A DNA stretch of 64,000 nt from Felis catus (lineage: Eukaryota), in the NCBI RefSeq assembly GCF_018350175.1, contig NC_058382.1, positions 59,708,001 through 59,772,000 of the forward strand, written 5' to 3'. A program made the position numbers and the translations under genes. Within the stretch, counting starts at the first letter, position 1. Each line of letters starts with the position of its first letter. The notes beneath the pieces were generated by a model. The model was not told where the DNA came from and did no database searches. It was given only the letters and a program-made list of their open reading frames with translations. Shown here in pieces: positions 49,740 to 61,660 of the stretch.

Positions 49740-49960
49740 AATGTGGGTTCCAGAGTCAGGCTGTCTGCTCTTGTGTCCTGGTCCCACATCTACCAGCTGT
49801 GTGGCTTGAGGAAAACCACTTTGCCTCTCTGGGCCTCAGTTTCCCCATCTGCAAAATGGGGGTAATGGTAAGACTTACCTTAAAGAGTTGTGCAGATTAA
49901 ATGGGCTAATAAATGTAAGGCCCTGAGGATGATGTTGGGCCTGTGATAGATGCTCAATAG
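49740..49960 (+). mobile_element. MIR SINE
   Basis: cagctgtgtggcttg..cctctctgggcctcagtttccccatctgcaaaatgggggtaat..gttgtgcagattaaatg. Confidence 0.85.
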
Positions 49961-49974
49961 TATTGTGAGGTGTG

Positions 49975-50627
49975 CAAGCACATACACACATGCACAGTTC
50001 ACTTATGCACACACATACACATACACACACAGTTCACTCATGCACATGCACACACACATGCACACTTCACTCATGCACACACACTTATACACACACTTCA
50101 CTCATGCACACACACATATACACACAGTTCACTCTTTTTGCACACACACATACACACACAGTTCACTCGTGCACACACATACACATTTCACTCATGCACA
50201 CACATATACACACAGTTCACTCATGCATATGCACACACACATACACACACGCACAGTTCACTCATACACACATGGTTTACTCATGCACACGCACACACAT
50301 GCACAGTTCATTCATGCACACACACATACACATACATTCACACTTCACTCATGCACATGCACACACACATGCACAGTTCATTCATGCACACACACACACA
50401 TGCACGTGCACACACCAACATAATATACTCACCTACACACCCATGTATACACATGTATACACACATGCACACAACACACACCAACACACATATACCCACA
50501 TACCCATGTATACATACACGTATGTACAGACGCACACACAGTCTACAATACACGTACACGTGTCTGCATATACACGTACGAGCACACACATGTACATCCT
50601 CACACATGCGTGTGCACATGTGTACAC
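49975..50627. repeat. CA-rich compound repeat with a recurring cacagttcactcatgcac unit
   Basis: Recurring (ag)ttcactcatgcaca motif separated by variable (CA)/(TA) runs, decaying to a degenerate (CA/TA)n tract. Confidence 0.9.
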
Positions 50628-51439
50628 AGGAGAGTTCTCTACAATCAGGACCAGGGCCACCAGGACGAGGGGTGATCCCCTCTAGGTGTAAGCTTGCACT
50701 GTGGGACCCTGAGTGCGGGCGCCTCTTGACCTGTGCCCCCTTGGTGCCTTGCTCGCCTCCCCTGGTCCCAGCCTGACCTGCGTCTTCCAGAGGTGATGCA
50801 GCAGCTCTCAGCCGCACAGAACCAGAACGTGGCTGTGCCTGGAGCAGCAGCCTTGGGAAGGCCTCTTGATTCTGGTTAGTTAATCCTGGGTGAGTCTAGG
50901 TGATTAGTCATTCCTCATAATGGCGAGGCTAGTCCTCAGCTGGACCAGAGGGCACAGCTTCCCGTCTTAGACCGGGTTCTGGAAGCAGACCCTGAGTTCG
51001 TTCTAACCACAGTGGTGGGAGGACGTGGTGGAGGCCCTCCACCCTGTCGCCCGCTCTCTGAGGGCCGCCCCTGTGCGGACACCCCCAGCGTTTCAGCCTC
51101 CCCGGTGCCGCACCAAGCGTGCACCACACCTGCCGGGTGGCCCTGCTCCCGGATTCTCGGGCTTCCCGGCAGCAGCTTTGGTGGCCCGGCGGCTCACACC
51201 CGCGCTCCATTCTCACACTTGCAGCTGCTCGCCGGGTGTCTTCGTGCACCAGGCCTGGGCGCGGGGTGAGCAAGCCCCTCCCTGCTCACCTGGGGCTCGC
51301 AGACCTCTGTCCAGACCTTGCCCCAAAGCCACGTGGAAAGTGACTCCTGGACAACGTGCAGGCATGAAAGCACTGCGCTCTCAGGGCACAGAGGGGGCCG
51401 GTGGGCGGGGGTGGGTGTCCTCGAAAGCAAACAGACCCA

Positions 51440-51930
51440 GTGAGTCCGCACCCAGGCGTCTCCCCTGGAGAACTGAAGCCACAGGTCCACACGGAAATCT
51501 GTGCGTCGTGGTCACAGCGGCGTTATTCCTAATAGTTGCAACGTGCAAACAACCAGATGTCCGTCTGCCGAGGAACGGGTAAACAAAGGTGGCCTACCCG
51601 AACGGTGCCATGTCCCTCTGACACTGGCCGCAACGCGGATGCCCTGGGAAACGTCTTCCGGAGGGAAGAAGCCAGCCATAGAAGGTCACACAGAGCAGGA
51701 TTCCTCTTAAACGAAATGTCCAAAGACACAAATGTGTAGACAGAAAATAGAGTCATGGTTGCCAGGGGCTAGAGAGGGGGCGGGTGTCCTTTGGGTGATG
51801 GAATGTTCTGGAACTGCACTGTGGTGACAGTTACAATGGCTCTGTGCATGTGCTAAATGCCACTGGATTGTTCACTTTAAACAGTTAATTTGATGTTATG
51901 TGAATTTTATCTCGATAAAAAAGGAAAGAA
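51440..51930 (+). mobile_element. L1MB-like 3' fragment
   Basis: cacagcggcgttattcctaatag, aaacaaccagatgtcc, ggttgccaggggct, gggtgatggaatgttctggaact, tgtgaattttatctcgataaaaa. Confidence 0.8.
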
Positions 51931-52288
51931 AAAACAGCATTAGCAGTGGGTAGGAGGCAGAACGGTTCCATATGGAGCCCAGAGAAGGCCCAGGTGGGAC
52001 ATAGCAGGGACCATCCCTGCTCCGGAGCACCTCCCTGCCCCACCCTACCACCTTCCACCCACGGCAGCCACAGGCCAGCCCTCCTCAGGGGCTGGCCCCA
52101 ACCGCCTCCTGTCGTCTTATTAATACAGTGACGATACCCGCACAGCACGCTCTCTGCTAAGCGCTGGCCCTGCTCTTGGACCTCAATTCTCTCACCGTCC
52201 TGGAGACAGGATTGATTGAGCCCACTCTCCAGATGAGGGGAGTGAGCCCGGAGGCAGCGTGGTGGGAGGAGATTGGAAACCCAGGTCT

Positions 52289-52522
52289 GGGGGTGCCTGG
52301 GTGGCTCAGTCAGTTGAGCATCTGACTCCAGCTCAGGTCATGATCTCACGGTCCGTGGGTTCGAGCCCCGTGTCGGGCTCTGTGCTGACAGCTCAGGGCC
52401 TGGAGCCTGCTTTGGATTCTGTGTCTCCCTCTCTCTCTGCCCCTCCCCGACTCATGCTCTGTCTCTCTCAGCCTCTCAAAAATAAAGAAAACGAATTTAA
52501 AAAAATTAAAACAAACAAAAAA
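52289..52522 (+). mobile_element. CAN-SINE
   Basis: Perfect 14-bp TSD gaaacccaggtctg. Confidence 0.96.
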
Positions 52523-52949
52523 GAAACCCAGGTCTGCCTGATTCCAAAATCTCTTGCTATGGGGAAAAATTCTAAAATGCTTTTTGTGGCAAGGATTGCT
52601 GGATTCTGTGATACTGGGAAGGAAGCTCAGCCAGGTGACTGAGCTGTAGGTCTGAGTTTATTCCATGGCGATATAGTCCCTGGAGGGCAGACGGTGGGCT
52701 GGAGGGCAGTGGCTGAACAAACAGGACCGGGAGGGGGCGTTTGCCGTGGGTGCTCACACAGACGTGCTCCTGGGGTCGGTTGTCCCGGGTACGGCTCAGC
52801 ATGCTGGGTCAGGGGGCCGCACTGGTGACTCCTGGGTCATCACACTCTGACACCAGGACAGTAAGAGGAAGACACACCTGGAGACTGCTGGTGGTGGAGC
52901 CAGGGGGATGCCAGAATCCGCCCGTGTCCTACACCCCGACCCCGAGTGT

Positions 52950-53255
52950 GTGAGTCAGCCATTGCCTTGTAACAAACACTCCCAAACTCAAGGACTTAAC
53001 ACACATGCATTAGCTCATGGTTTTGGTGGGTCAGGAATCTGGGAGCTGCCTGGTGTTTCTGGCTCCCAGCATCTCCCTTGGCGGTGGTCAGGAGGTCACG
53101 TGGGGCTCTAACTCGGGCACAAGGGTCCACTTCCCAGCTAACCGTGGTTGTTGGCAGGCTTCAGGTCCTCGCTGGCTGTTCACTGAGGCCTTTACTCCTT
53201 GCTATGTGTCTCCATAGGGCAGCTCCCAACATGACAGCTGGCTTCCCAGAGTGAG
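52950..53255 (-). mobile_element. MaLR LTR (MLT1-type) fragment
   Basis: attgccttgtaacaaacactcccaaactca..ttagctcatggttt..gggtcaggaatctggg, caacatgacagctggcttccc. Confidence 0.7.
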
Positions 53256-53262
53256 TGATGGT

Positions 53263-53372
53263 GGGGGGGGGGGGCGGGGAGAGGGAGGGAGAGGTAGGGA
53301 GGGAGCAAGAGAGGGAGGGAGCAAGAGAGGGAGGGAGAGAGAGTAGGGGAGATAAAGAGAGGAGGAGAGAGA
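53263..53372. repeat. Polypurine (GA/GGGA) tract
   Basis: About 110 bp of almost exclusively G/A on the + strand. Confidence 0.9.
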
Positions 53373-54779
53373 GTGCTTCGACTCTAACTTCGATCCCCTC
53401 AAAAAACACTCAAAGCAAATAAGAACAAAATTAGCATTTGTTCGATCTGGGTACACAGACGTCTGGTACGTTCTGAGCTCTTTGTAATTTGGATCTGGGG
53501 TGCGTGTTGACAATGGAGCCGCTCTGGGGGTGCTCTGGAGAGGTGGGTTGAATTCACCCCCACAGTTGCTGATGCGCCGAGACTCCCAAGGGTCATCACG
53601 CTCCCCGTGCGTCATATGTGCACGTGGGTGTGCGTGTGACCGAGCGTCTCGCAACCGGAGGCAGGCGTGCCCACGTGCGGTGGCATCTGGTTCCATCTTA
53701 GACTCTGTGCCGCTGGAGGCCGTCGAGCCCTACCCCCTCTCCCTGTGCCCCACGTCCCGCCCCGGCTGCTCCTCTCCTGGGGGAAGAGCCCCCACCCTCC
53801 AGCCGCAGTAAGGCCCCAGGCCCGTCTCCTTCCCTTGTTCTTTCCAACCCTTTTGCAGCAATTTGGGGGCTGCCTGGCTCTCCCCAGAAAGCCCCATCAC
53901 AGGAGTGACAACCTGTTCCCGCCCTCTGAGCGTGTGTGCGCCTCATCACTCTTGACGTCCGAACCCAACTTTGGCGGGGGTCCCCCCTGTCCCTCCAGCG
54001 TGGCCACAGCACAGCGACCCCTGGAAAGTTCTCACCTCCAGATTCTGGAAGGCTGGGGCCAGGTGAGTCGGGAATCTGGCCACGCGTTAGCATATTGGTG
54101 CTTTTGTCTCTTGGAGCAGGAGGGCTCCACCCCACCCTGGGTTAGCATTCTCAGGGGGCGAGGAGCCCTCTGTCTGGCCTCCCTCCCCACCCCACCTGCT
54201 GGTCTTTCCCGGAGCTGACCCTCAGCATCTCGGTGGGAGAGAAAAGCGGAAGAGGAGGGGCCCCCACAAACACGGACAGACGCCAGCGCCCCCCACCCCG
54301 GGGCCTCTCCCCCATGTTAGCCCCTCACCGGCGTGTGGCTCTGAGAAGCATACCATGAGGCACAGCAGCGCTCTTATGCTGGAAAGAAGAAACAGGAGCC
54401 CTGGCTCCCTAAAGTCCCCAGAGCTTCGTCCAGAATTTCTCAGCTGTCAGAGGGACAGAGGGACACAGAGCACCCGGCACCTGTTGGTAGCAATATGTGC
54501 GAAATATGTGATTGCATACAAATATACCAGCTTTGCGTGTTCCGAGGAAGGGGGTGGGGGGGGGGACTGTAAAAACAACCCTGAATTTGTTCTTGGGATT
54601 AACACCGAACTGCGTGAAACGGCCCTTCGGGAGCACAAAAATGGCCCAAATCGGCAATTTCGTGTGGCTGTATGCAAAGCAAAACACTCTTTTTGTGCCC
54701 TCCGCCCAACTTGTACCAGGATTCAAGTTGTCTGCTTGTTTGTCCGTTTGCCTCTGGCCTCCCCCGACCCCAGTGCAAG

Positions 54780-55110
54780 GAACGGGCGCTTGCAGCCTCG
54801 TGGGGTAGAAGGGAAACGGCATCTACTCTTGCGTCTCCGTCTCCGGTTGGTTCCCCGTTGCCGGGGTTTGCGGCCGAGAGAGCCGGCTTCCGCGCTGCAC
54901 GGCCGCTCCCGTCCAGACGGGGTCTCCCTCGGCCCGCCATCCTCTCCGGACCTGCTAGCTGCTGCAGGAAGCCTGTAGGCCCCGCCGCGTGCGGGGCTGG
55001 ACGCCCGCCGCCTGGCCTTGGTGCAGAGAGCTGGTCTCTCCCATCCTCTCGGGGTGGATTAGATTCGCCGAAATTGGCTGCATAAACAGCCCGACTGGAC
55101 CGGCGGCTAA
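54780..55110. promoter_or_regulatory. CpG-island-like segment in apparently TE-free DNA
   Basis: Roughly 30+ CpGs in ~330 bp by eye count; no associated coding exon seen. Confidence 0.4.
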
Positions 55111-55333
55111 TGGCAGAGGTTCAGGCTCCTTGGGGCTGGTGGGAGCTGTGCCAAGAACCAGCCTTCTCTAGCCCCCCACGGCGACATTAACACCCTGCCT
55201 GGGGCTGTGGTCTGTGGGGCCCCAGGGGCCCCAGGCTTCCTGCAGGAGGACGGTGGCAGAGAGCCCATGTGCACCCGGGCGACCCCTACACCTGAGAGGG
55301 TGCCCCTGGACCAGCGCATCAGAAATGCAGATA

Positions 55334-55541
55334 GGGGCGCCTGGGTGGCGCAGTCGGTTAAGCGTCCGACTTCAGCCAGGTCACGATCTCGCGGTCCGTG
55401 AGTTCGAGCCCCGCGTCGGGCTCTGGGCTGACGGCTCGGAGCCTGGAGCCTGTTTCCGATTCTGTGTCTCCCTCTCTCTCTGCCCCTCCCCCGTTCATGC
55501 TCTCTCTCTCTCTGTCCCCAAAATAAATAAAAGTTGAAAAA

Positions 55542-55580
<39 letters not shown>
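55334..55580 (+). mobile_element. Very young felid CAN-SINE with A30 tail
   Basis: Young diagnostics, CpGs intact, uninterrupted A run 55551-55580, TSD agaaatgcaga. Confidence 0.97.
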
Positions 55581-55582
<2 letters not shown>

Positions 55583-56664
55583 AATGCAGAGTGCCAGGCC
55601 CCGCCCAGTCCTGCTGAACCAGTGCCGCCGTTTAACAAGAGTCCAGGTGACTCTGGTGCTGTGGAGGGTTGAGCAGCGCCACGACAACCGGGACCGTCCG
55701 ACGACAGCAGCAGGTTTGCAAAATGCCCTTGACCTGGCCCTTGTACGTTTCCGAATCTATTCAACAGATGTGAGCGGAGGGCACACTTGGAAATATTTGA
55801 TCTAGTGACACAGCTCTTACTGTGGGCGTGTCCCGTTCGCAGCAACCTGGGCAGTGGCTCTCCAGGGCCCACGAACGTTGAGGAGGCCGGAGTCGTCCAC
55901 CTGGGACAGGGCAGGGTTAGCAATTCGGGTCAGACAGTCGGCAGACCATTCTCCACCCCCAAGCCCCCCAGCAGCCCCACTGTGTGAGCTGTGTTATCTA
56001 TGCCTGAGGGCAGGACGGTGCGTCTCCAGTGCTGGGGGCTGGCCAGGGGGGATGCACTCTGTCTATAGAACTGGGGGTCCTACTGTCCAGTGTGGGGGAC
56101 CGGCAAGGACACGCGAACACCCTTCCATACCGGCCTGCAGCCTATGCCTTCTTCCCTTCTTCCCTTACAAAGTCCCAGAACCTCAGGGGCTTATGTGGCT
56201 TCCCAGGGGAAGGAGGGCCTGTTCTGCCAGCCGAGGCCCTTGCTGTTGTGTCTGCCCCTGGAGTTGCTGGTTTCCACGACCAGCGAAGCCCCTGTCTGAG
56301 GCAACACAGGCCAGCATCACGATCGGCAGCCTAGGGCATTCTGGAACGTGATGCTTGAGACCAGAGGGGTCGGGAATCATTACTGCAGCTAATGCTGTTG
56401 AAGCTAACAGCAGCTCCGTGGTAAAGGGGTGTCCAGCACTTCTCACAGGTGCCAGAGGGCGCATGTGGCCACACAGACAGGTGCAACCACCTTCCCCACC
56501 GCAGGCTCCCGGGAACCGTGGGCACAGACGGCCTAGCATCGGTGATACGCTGGGCGCGCAGTCAGCCGGCCCTCCTGCCCCCCGTCAGGATGCCTTCCAG
56601 AGCTCCAAAGAGGAGACAGCCCGCCCCTCCTCCCCGGGGCCATCCCTGCCCCGTTCGTGCCCAG

Positions 56665-56875
56665 TGTAGACTCTGGAACCAGACGCCTGGGCTCCGATCC
56701 TGGCCCCCCGCCGCTTAGCGGCTGTGTGATCCTGGGCAAACGGCTTTACCTCTCTGCGCCTCAACCTCCTCCTCTGTTAAATGGGTCCTAATAGGATACT
56801 TAGCTCACGCAGGTGCTGTGTGGGTTAAATGAGCTGGTATATGAAAAGCACTGAGAACATATGAGCACGAGGTAA
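56665..56875 (+). mobile_element. MIR SINE
   Basis: gactctggaaccagacgcctggg..gctgtgtgatcctgggcaa..cctctctgcgcctca..ttaaatgag..aaagcactgagaaca. Confidence 0.8.
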
Positions 56876-58329
56876 GCCAAGGCCTCAAAAGCACAATAGA
56901 AACACCACACACGTGTAAACGTTTGCTATCATTAACGGCCACAGACGGACACCAGCAGCTATTAAGCTGGGCTGTAGAAGACAATTTAATGAAACAGGGA
57001 AATGTCCGGGACTTACTGCTACCTGAAGAAAAAGCGAAGTTCAAAGCAGCCTTTTCCACGTGACGCTGAGTTTGTAGAGTAGATGCGTGTTCACTGCGCA
57101 CCGAAGAAACCAACCTGAAGGAAATAAATCGTTACCTGTGTGACTGCCGGGCCCTGGGGGAGTGGTTCTCATTTCTTGTGTGTGGTTTTCCACGTTCCCT
57201 AGAACGTGGGTAGTGAGTGTGACGGCTAACACAGGGACCGAGCACACTGTTAACATCTGCTCTGCAGAGAAGATGCTATAGTTCAAGGGTCCCCAACCCT
57301 TTCCACAAGGGAGCCTTGTCTCGTGCCCCCAAAGCCGAGGCCCCGCTGCAGGGCCAAGTGAGGTTGTGACAGCCAGCTCAGCGAGCACGGAGGCTCTGCG
57401 CCTCCCACGCTGGGGTGTCTGCTTCCTTTTCTGGGGGCCCTCCCACGTGGGGTTGTGCACAGTTCCGGAGTAATGCCTCTTCATAGACGGAGGGATTGTC
57501 TCCACCTCCCGCCAGGTCAACGCCAAGCCTCCCTTACAGTTGTTGTGTGCCCTTGACGCCTCACTACCCAAGTCGGGGGGCTCCTTGATGGACACGACTC
57601 CTTACTACCCAGACCTAACTGCCATTTGTCGTCAGAGCGTGTGGAGCCTCGAGTGTGATCGCTTTCTGGCCACGTGGACCCAGACCACGCCTGCTCTGCT
57701 CTCTGTATCCCTGACCCTACCCTTCGGCTTCTCGAATGCATGTGGAGTGGTCGGGGTGACAAGTCTGTGTTTTGGAGGCAGGAAGGTGGGTGGGGAGGGA
57801 GCGGGGCACAGGAAGTATCCGATCTGCTCCACTCTTCAGGTGGCAGAGGGCAGACACTGGCTCCCGCTAGCGCTAGCTTGAGGCCGCGTGTTCTCTGGGG
57901 TGGATGGAGCTCACAGGAGCGATAATGGGCCGGGAGAGCCCGTGAGTCAGCAAGCTCCAGGCCCGTCAGCCCCCAGAGGGGTAGAGTGTGACTGGCGCCC
58001 ATGCTCTGTGGTTGTCCAGCTTCCTGCCACTGCTCCTGCCCTTCCTTCGGGAAGCCCTCGAATGTCCATCAGCTCCAGCCACCGTGGGGGGTGTGGCTCA
58101 GAATCTGGTCATTCCGGGTGCCTGAGATGCTTCCTCTGAGAACGCACTGTTTGCGGGAGCAGGTGACCCCGATGTGGTGGGCTCAGACACACCCCCTCCT
58201 CAGGTTGTCCCTGGGAGGCCAGGCTGCCTCTCTGAGAGGACAGAGGGCAGGGGTGAGCAGTCCTCTCACAGAAGGTGGGAGTGTTCAGACTCTTTAGCAA
58301 CGACCCCAGCAGCACAAGTGACACTGGGC

Positions 58330-59145
58330 GTGACCAAAATCAAAGTCCCAGAAAGGAAGACATTTTTTTGCAAATCATCCATCTGAGAAGGGATTTGTAT
58401 CCAGAATATACAAAGAGCTCCTACAACTCATAATAAAAGCACGAGCTGCAAAAAGGAAAGGGGTTTGAATGAATATCTCTCCGGAAGACATGCTAATGTC
58501 CAACAAACACCTGCAAAGAGCCACTGTGTCACTAGGCCTGGGTGGTGGGGCAGCTGGTCCAGAACGTGGTCTGGGGGCCCCTCAGAAGGTGATACAGTCA
58601 CCACATGACCCGGCAATTTCATTCCGAGGTTTGCACCCATGAGAAATAAGAACGCGCATGAAGACTTGAACACACGCGTTCAAGGCAGCTTTATCCACCG
58701 GAACCCAAGGTGGAAGCAACCCAAATGCCCAGCAGCTGAGGAACAGACAGACAAAATGTGCCCCGTCTGCACAGTGGGGCATTACTCAGACGTGAAAAAA
58801 CGGGGAGTTCTGACACCTGCCACAACGCGGATGAACCTTGAGGACATTGTGCCGGGTGAGAGATGTCCGACATCCTCTTGGATGATTCTGTTTTGATGAA
58901 ATGTCCAGAGCCAGCACATCCATAGAGACTGAAAGCCAATCTGTGCTTTCCCAGGGCTGGGGGCTGGGCGACGGGGTGTGACCGCCAGGAACTTGAGGTT
59001 TCTCTTTGGGTTGATGAGAGGGTAACAACATCACCCTGTGGTGGTAGTTCCCAACTTTATGATTATACTAAAAACACTGATTTATACACTTTAAACGTGT
59101 GTATTACATGGCATGTGAATCACATCTCAATAAAACTATTTAAAA
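58330..59145 (+). mobile_element. L1MB-like ORF2 end / 3' UTR fragment
   Basis: tttgcaaatcatccatctgagaagggatttgtatccagaatatacaaagagctcctacaactca, gtggaagcaacccaaatgcc, gatgaaccttgaggacatt, tgtgaatcacatctcaataaaa. Confidence 0.88.
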
Positions 59146-59574
59146 AAAACACACACACACCCTCTTTGCAAGGAAAGGAAACCCAGCTCCAAGTGATGTA
59201 ACCAGAAAGGGCATTGTTAGCTTCTGTGCATCAGTAAGTGGCCAGGTTCAAACATAGGCTGGCTTCCGGTTCTGCGTGGTCCAGGGGGTAAAAGAGGTCA
59301 TCTCGGTGGAGACCTACTAAGAGTGGGGCTGAGAACTGGGGGGAGGCGTGAACACTTTCGCCGGAGTGGGGGGTAATGGATGCCAAGCAACCCTCTATCC
59401 GTTGAGGCTTTCTGTTCAGAAAGTAGCCACTCAAGAGACAGAGAGGGAGGCCCTCCTGGCTCGCCTCTCAGGAAGGCAAAGTTGGGGGACAAGGCTGGAA
59501 GAGGGCGGAATCTGTCCCCACACCTGGTTACCTCTGAGTCACTCTCTGATGCTCTGCGAATACTCGATCACCAT

Positions 59575-59960
59575 ATTCATTCAGTCACCCAGAACGTATT
59601 TACTGAGCACCTGTTATATACAGACAGAGCTGGGATAGGGTGTGAATGCCGTGGCCACGGTGCCTGTTGTAAGTCATTCACAGAGAATGGTGCTAGGGAA
59701 ACAAGCCTGGGCCATACATTGTGCCTGGTGCTATGACTCAGAAGGTCTGGGAGCACCTGTCCTGGGCTTGGACAGGGCGGGAGTCAGGCAGGCTTCCTGG
59801 AAGAAGCAGTTATTAAGCTGTGCCATGCAGGGGAGCAGAAACAGTGAGGGCAGAGCCAGCCTAGGCAGGGTGAAGGAGAGGAGGGAGAGCAGGGAGGCAG
59901 AGGGGTTGGCAGGCCGGTCAGGGAGGCCTTGTAAACCGTGTGAAGGAGGCTGGACGTCAT
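59575..59960. mobile_element. L2 remnant
   Basis: attcattcagtc..gtatttactgagcacct..gtcaggcaggcttcctggaagaag is typical of L2. Confidence 0.6.
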
Positions 59961-60949
59961 CTGCAGGCCAGCGGTCTCTGTCATTAACAGGACAGTCGTG
60001 AACGCCCCTGGCCAGGCCTGTGTGTGGTCTACACTGGCCGGGGCTCCAATCCACTACTGTGACTTCTGGGTGCATATCCCCAGCCTCTGAGCCTCTCCAC
60101 GCTGCCTTGGACCCTCAGAGACACCCCTAACCCATGGGAGCTCAGCCCCCTGCCCACAGCCCTCGCTCAGACTCTACAGCTTCCGTCTTCCTTTTCGGTG
60201 AAGACGCCTGCCGCCACCCAGCTCACTCATTTTCTGAGGATGGGCGGGTCGGATACGCGGTGGGTAAGGAAGGGGCATGGGGAACCACTAGCCGCCTCAT
60301 TCCGAGGAGGTCTAATCCCACTTATTAGCCCTGGGAAGCAGAGGAGAGCACTCCGGCCGGGAAGCGCTTTTCTGGACGTCTTTATGTCCGACACATCATC
60401 TGCTGAGAAGGGAGAGAGTGAGGCCTCTGTCACCTCCCCACTCCTCCACTGTGGACTACGTCCCCCAGTGCCATGTCGGTGATATCAGCGGGTGTCCAAC
60501 AAGGTCAAGATGCAGACCGGAAACAGCCACGGCCTTGCGTCTTAACAGCGCCTCCGGGCTCTACCGTTCACTTCTGTGACCTGCTCCGATTCAACAAATG
60601 TTAGGGGAACGCTGACTGTTCATTCATTTATTGGTTTTTTCATTCACCATTTACTCGAAATTCTATGATCAGATTCCTAGTGCCGGACGTTGTGCTGGGC
60701 GCTGGGTGGGGAGGAGAGGAACCCAACAGGGTCCCACTGGGCCGCACGCCTCCCCACCCCATGTGAGTGGATGAGGCCTTGAATCAAAAGATAGCTACCT
60801 GGCAGAGTGACATATGCTGTAATGGGGGGAGCACAGGTCCTACTGCAGCTCAGAGAGGAGGCACCTGCTGGGCGGGGATCCCTGGAGAGGGGGGTTTATG
60901 GTGAGTCCTGGGAGCAGTGAGTGTTCCTGCGCACACATTTCAGAACACA

Positions 60950-61385
60950 CGGACTATGGCCCCGAACTGGAAACAACCCAAGTGTCCAATAACAGTGGAA
61001 TGGACATCCAGACCATGGAATATTGTACAGCCAAGGGGACAAAGGACCCCAGAGACACACAACCACGTGGATGAGCCTCGAGCATAATTTCGGACAAAAA
61101 AGTATGAGTCTAGTCCAATTCCAGTCGCATAAAATTCAACAAGAGGCAAAATGAAACTACAGTGTTTCAGGATACAGAGTCCCAGGTGGTAACAACAGAA
61201 GGGAAAAAAGGATGATCGTGTAAATTCGGATGGATGGTTCCGTCCCACAGGAGGAGAGGGTTGTGACTGGGGAGGGGCACAAAATGGGTTTTGGGGTGGG
61301 AATAATGTTCAGTTCGTGGGCCTGGGTGGTTGATTGCTCATGGACATTTGCTGTCTAACCATTTATTAAATTATACAAATATGTG
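60950..61385 (+). mobile_element. L1MC/ME-like 3' fragment
   Basis: aactggaaacaacccaagtgtccaataacagtggaatgga, gggaataatgttc..cctgggtggt. Confidence 0.7.
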
Positions 61386-61489
61386 GCTCAACCACAGACA
61401 ACAGGTCATCTTCCCCAGTGAGGGGACGTTGATGCACTTGAGACAGAGGAACATGGTTGTTACATGCCGTACTCTGCTGGCAGCTGCTT

Positions 61490-61642
61490 GGGTTCGTTTC
61501 TACTTGGGCAAGTGACTTGACCTGTCTAAGCCTCAGGTTTCCCCATCTGTAAAATGGGGATAATAACAGTAGCAGCCTCATAAAGTTGTTTTAGGATGAA
61601 ATGTGATAGTGAACGTAAAGTGCTCAATACAGAGCCAGGCAC
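61490..61642 (+). mobile_element. MIR SINE
   Basis: cttgggcaagtgacttgacctgtctaagcctcaggtttccccatctgtaaaatggggataataa..taaagtgctcaatacagagccaggcac. Confidence 0.85.
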
Positions 61643-61660
61643 AAAAATGTGGAAATTAGT

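Noticed and set aside
49950..50776. His/Thr-rich ORFs of 157-268 aa
   Set aside because: Artefacts of the CA-rich repeat.
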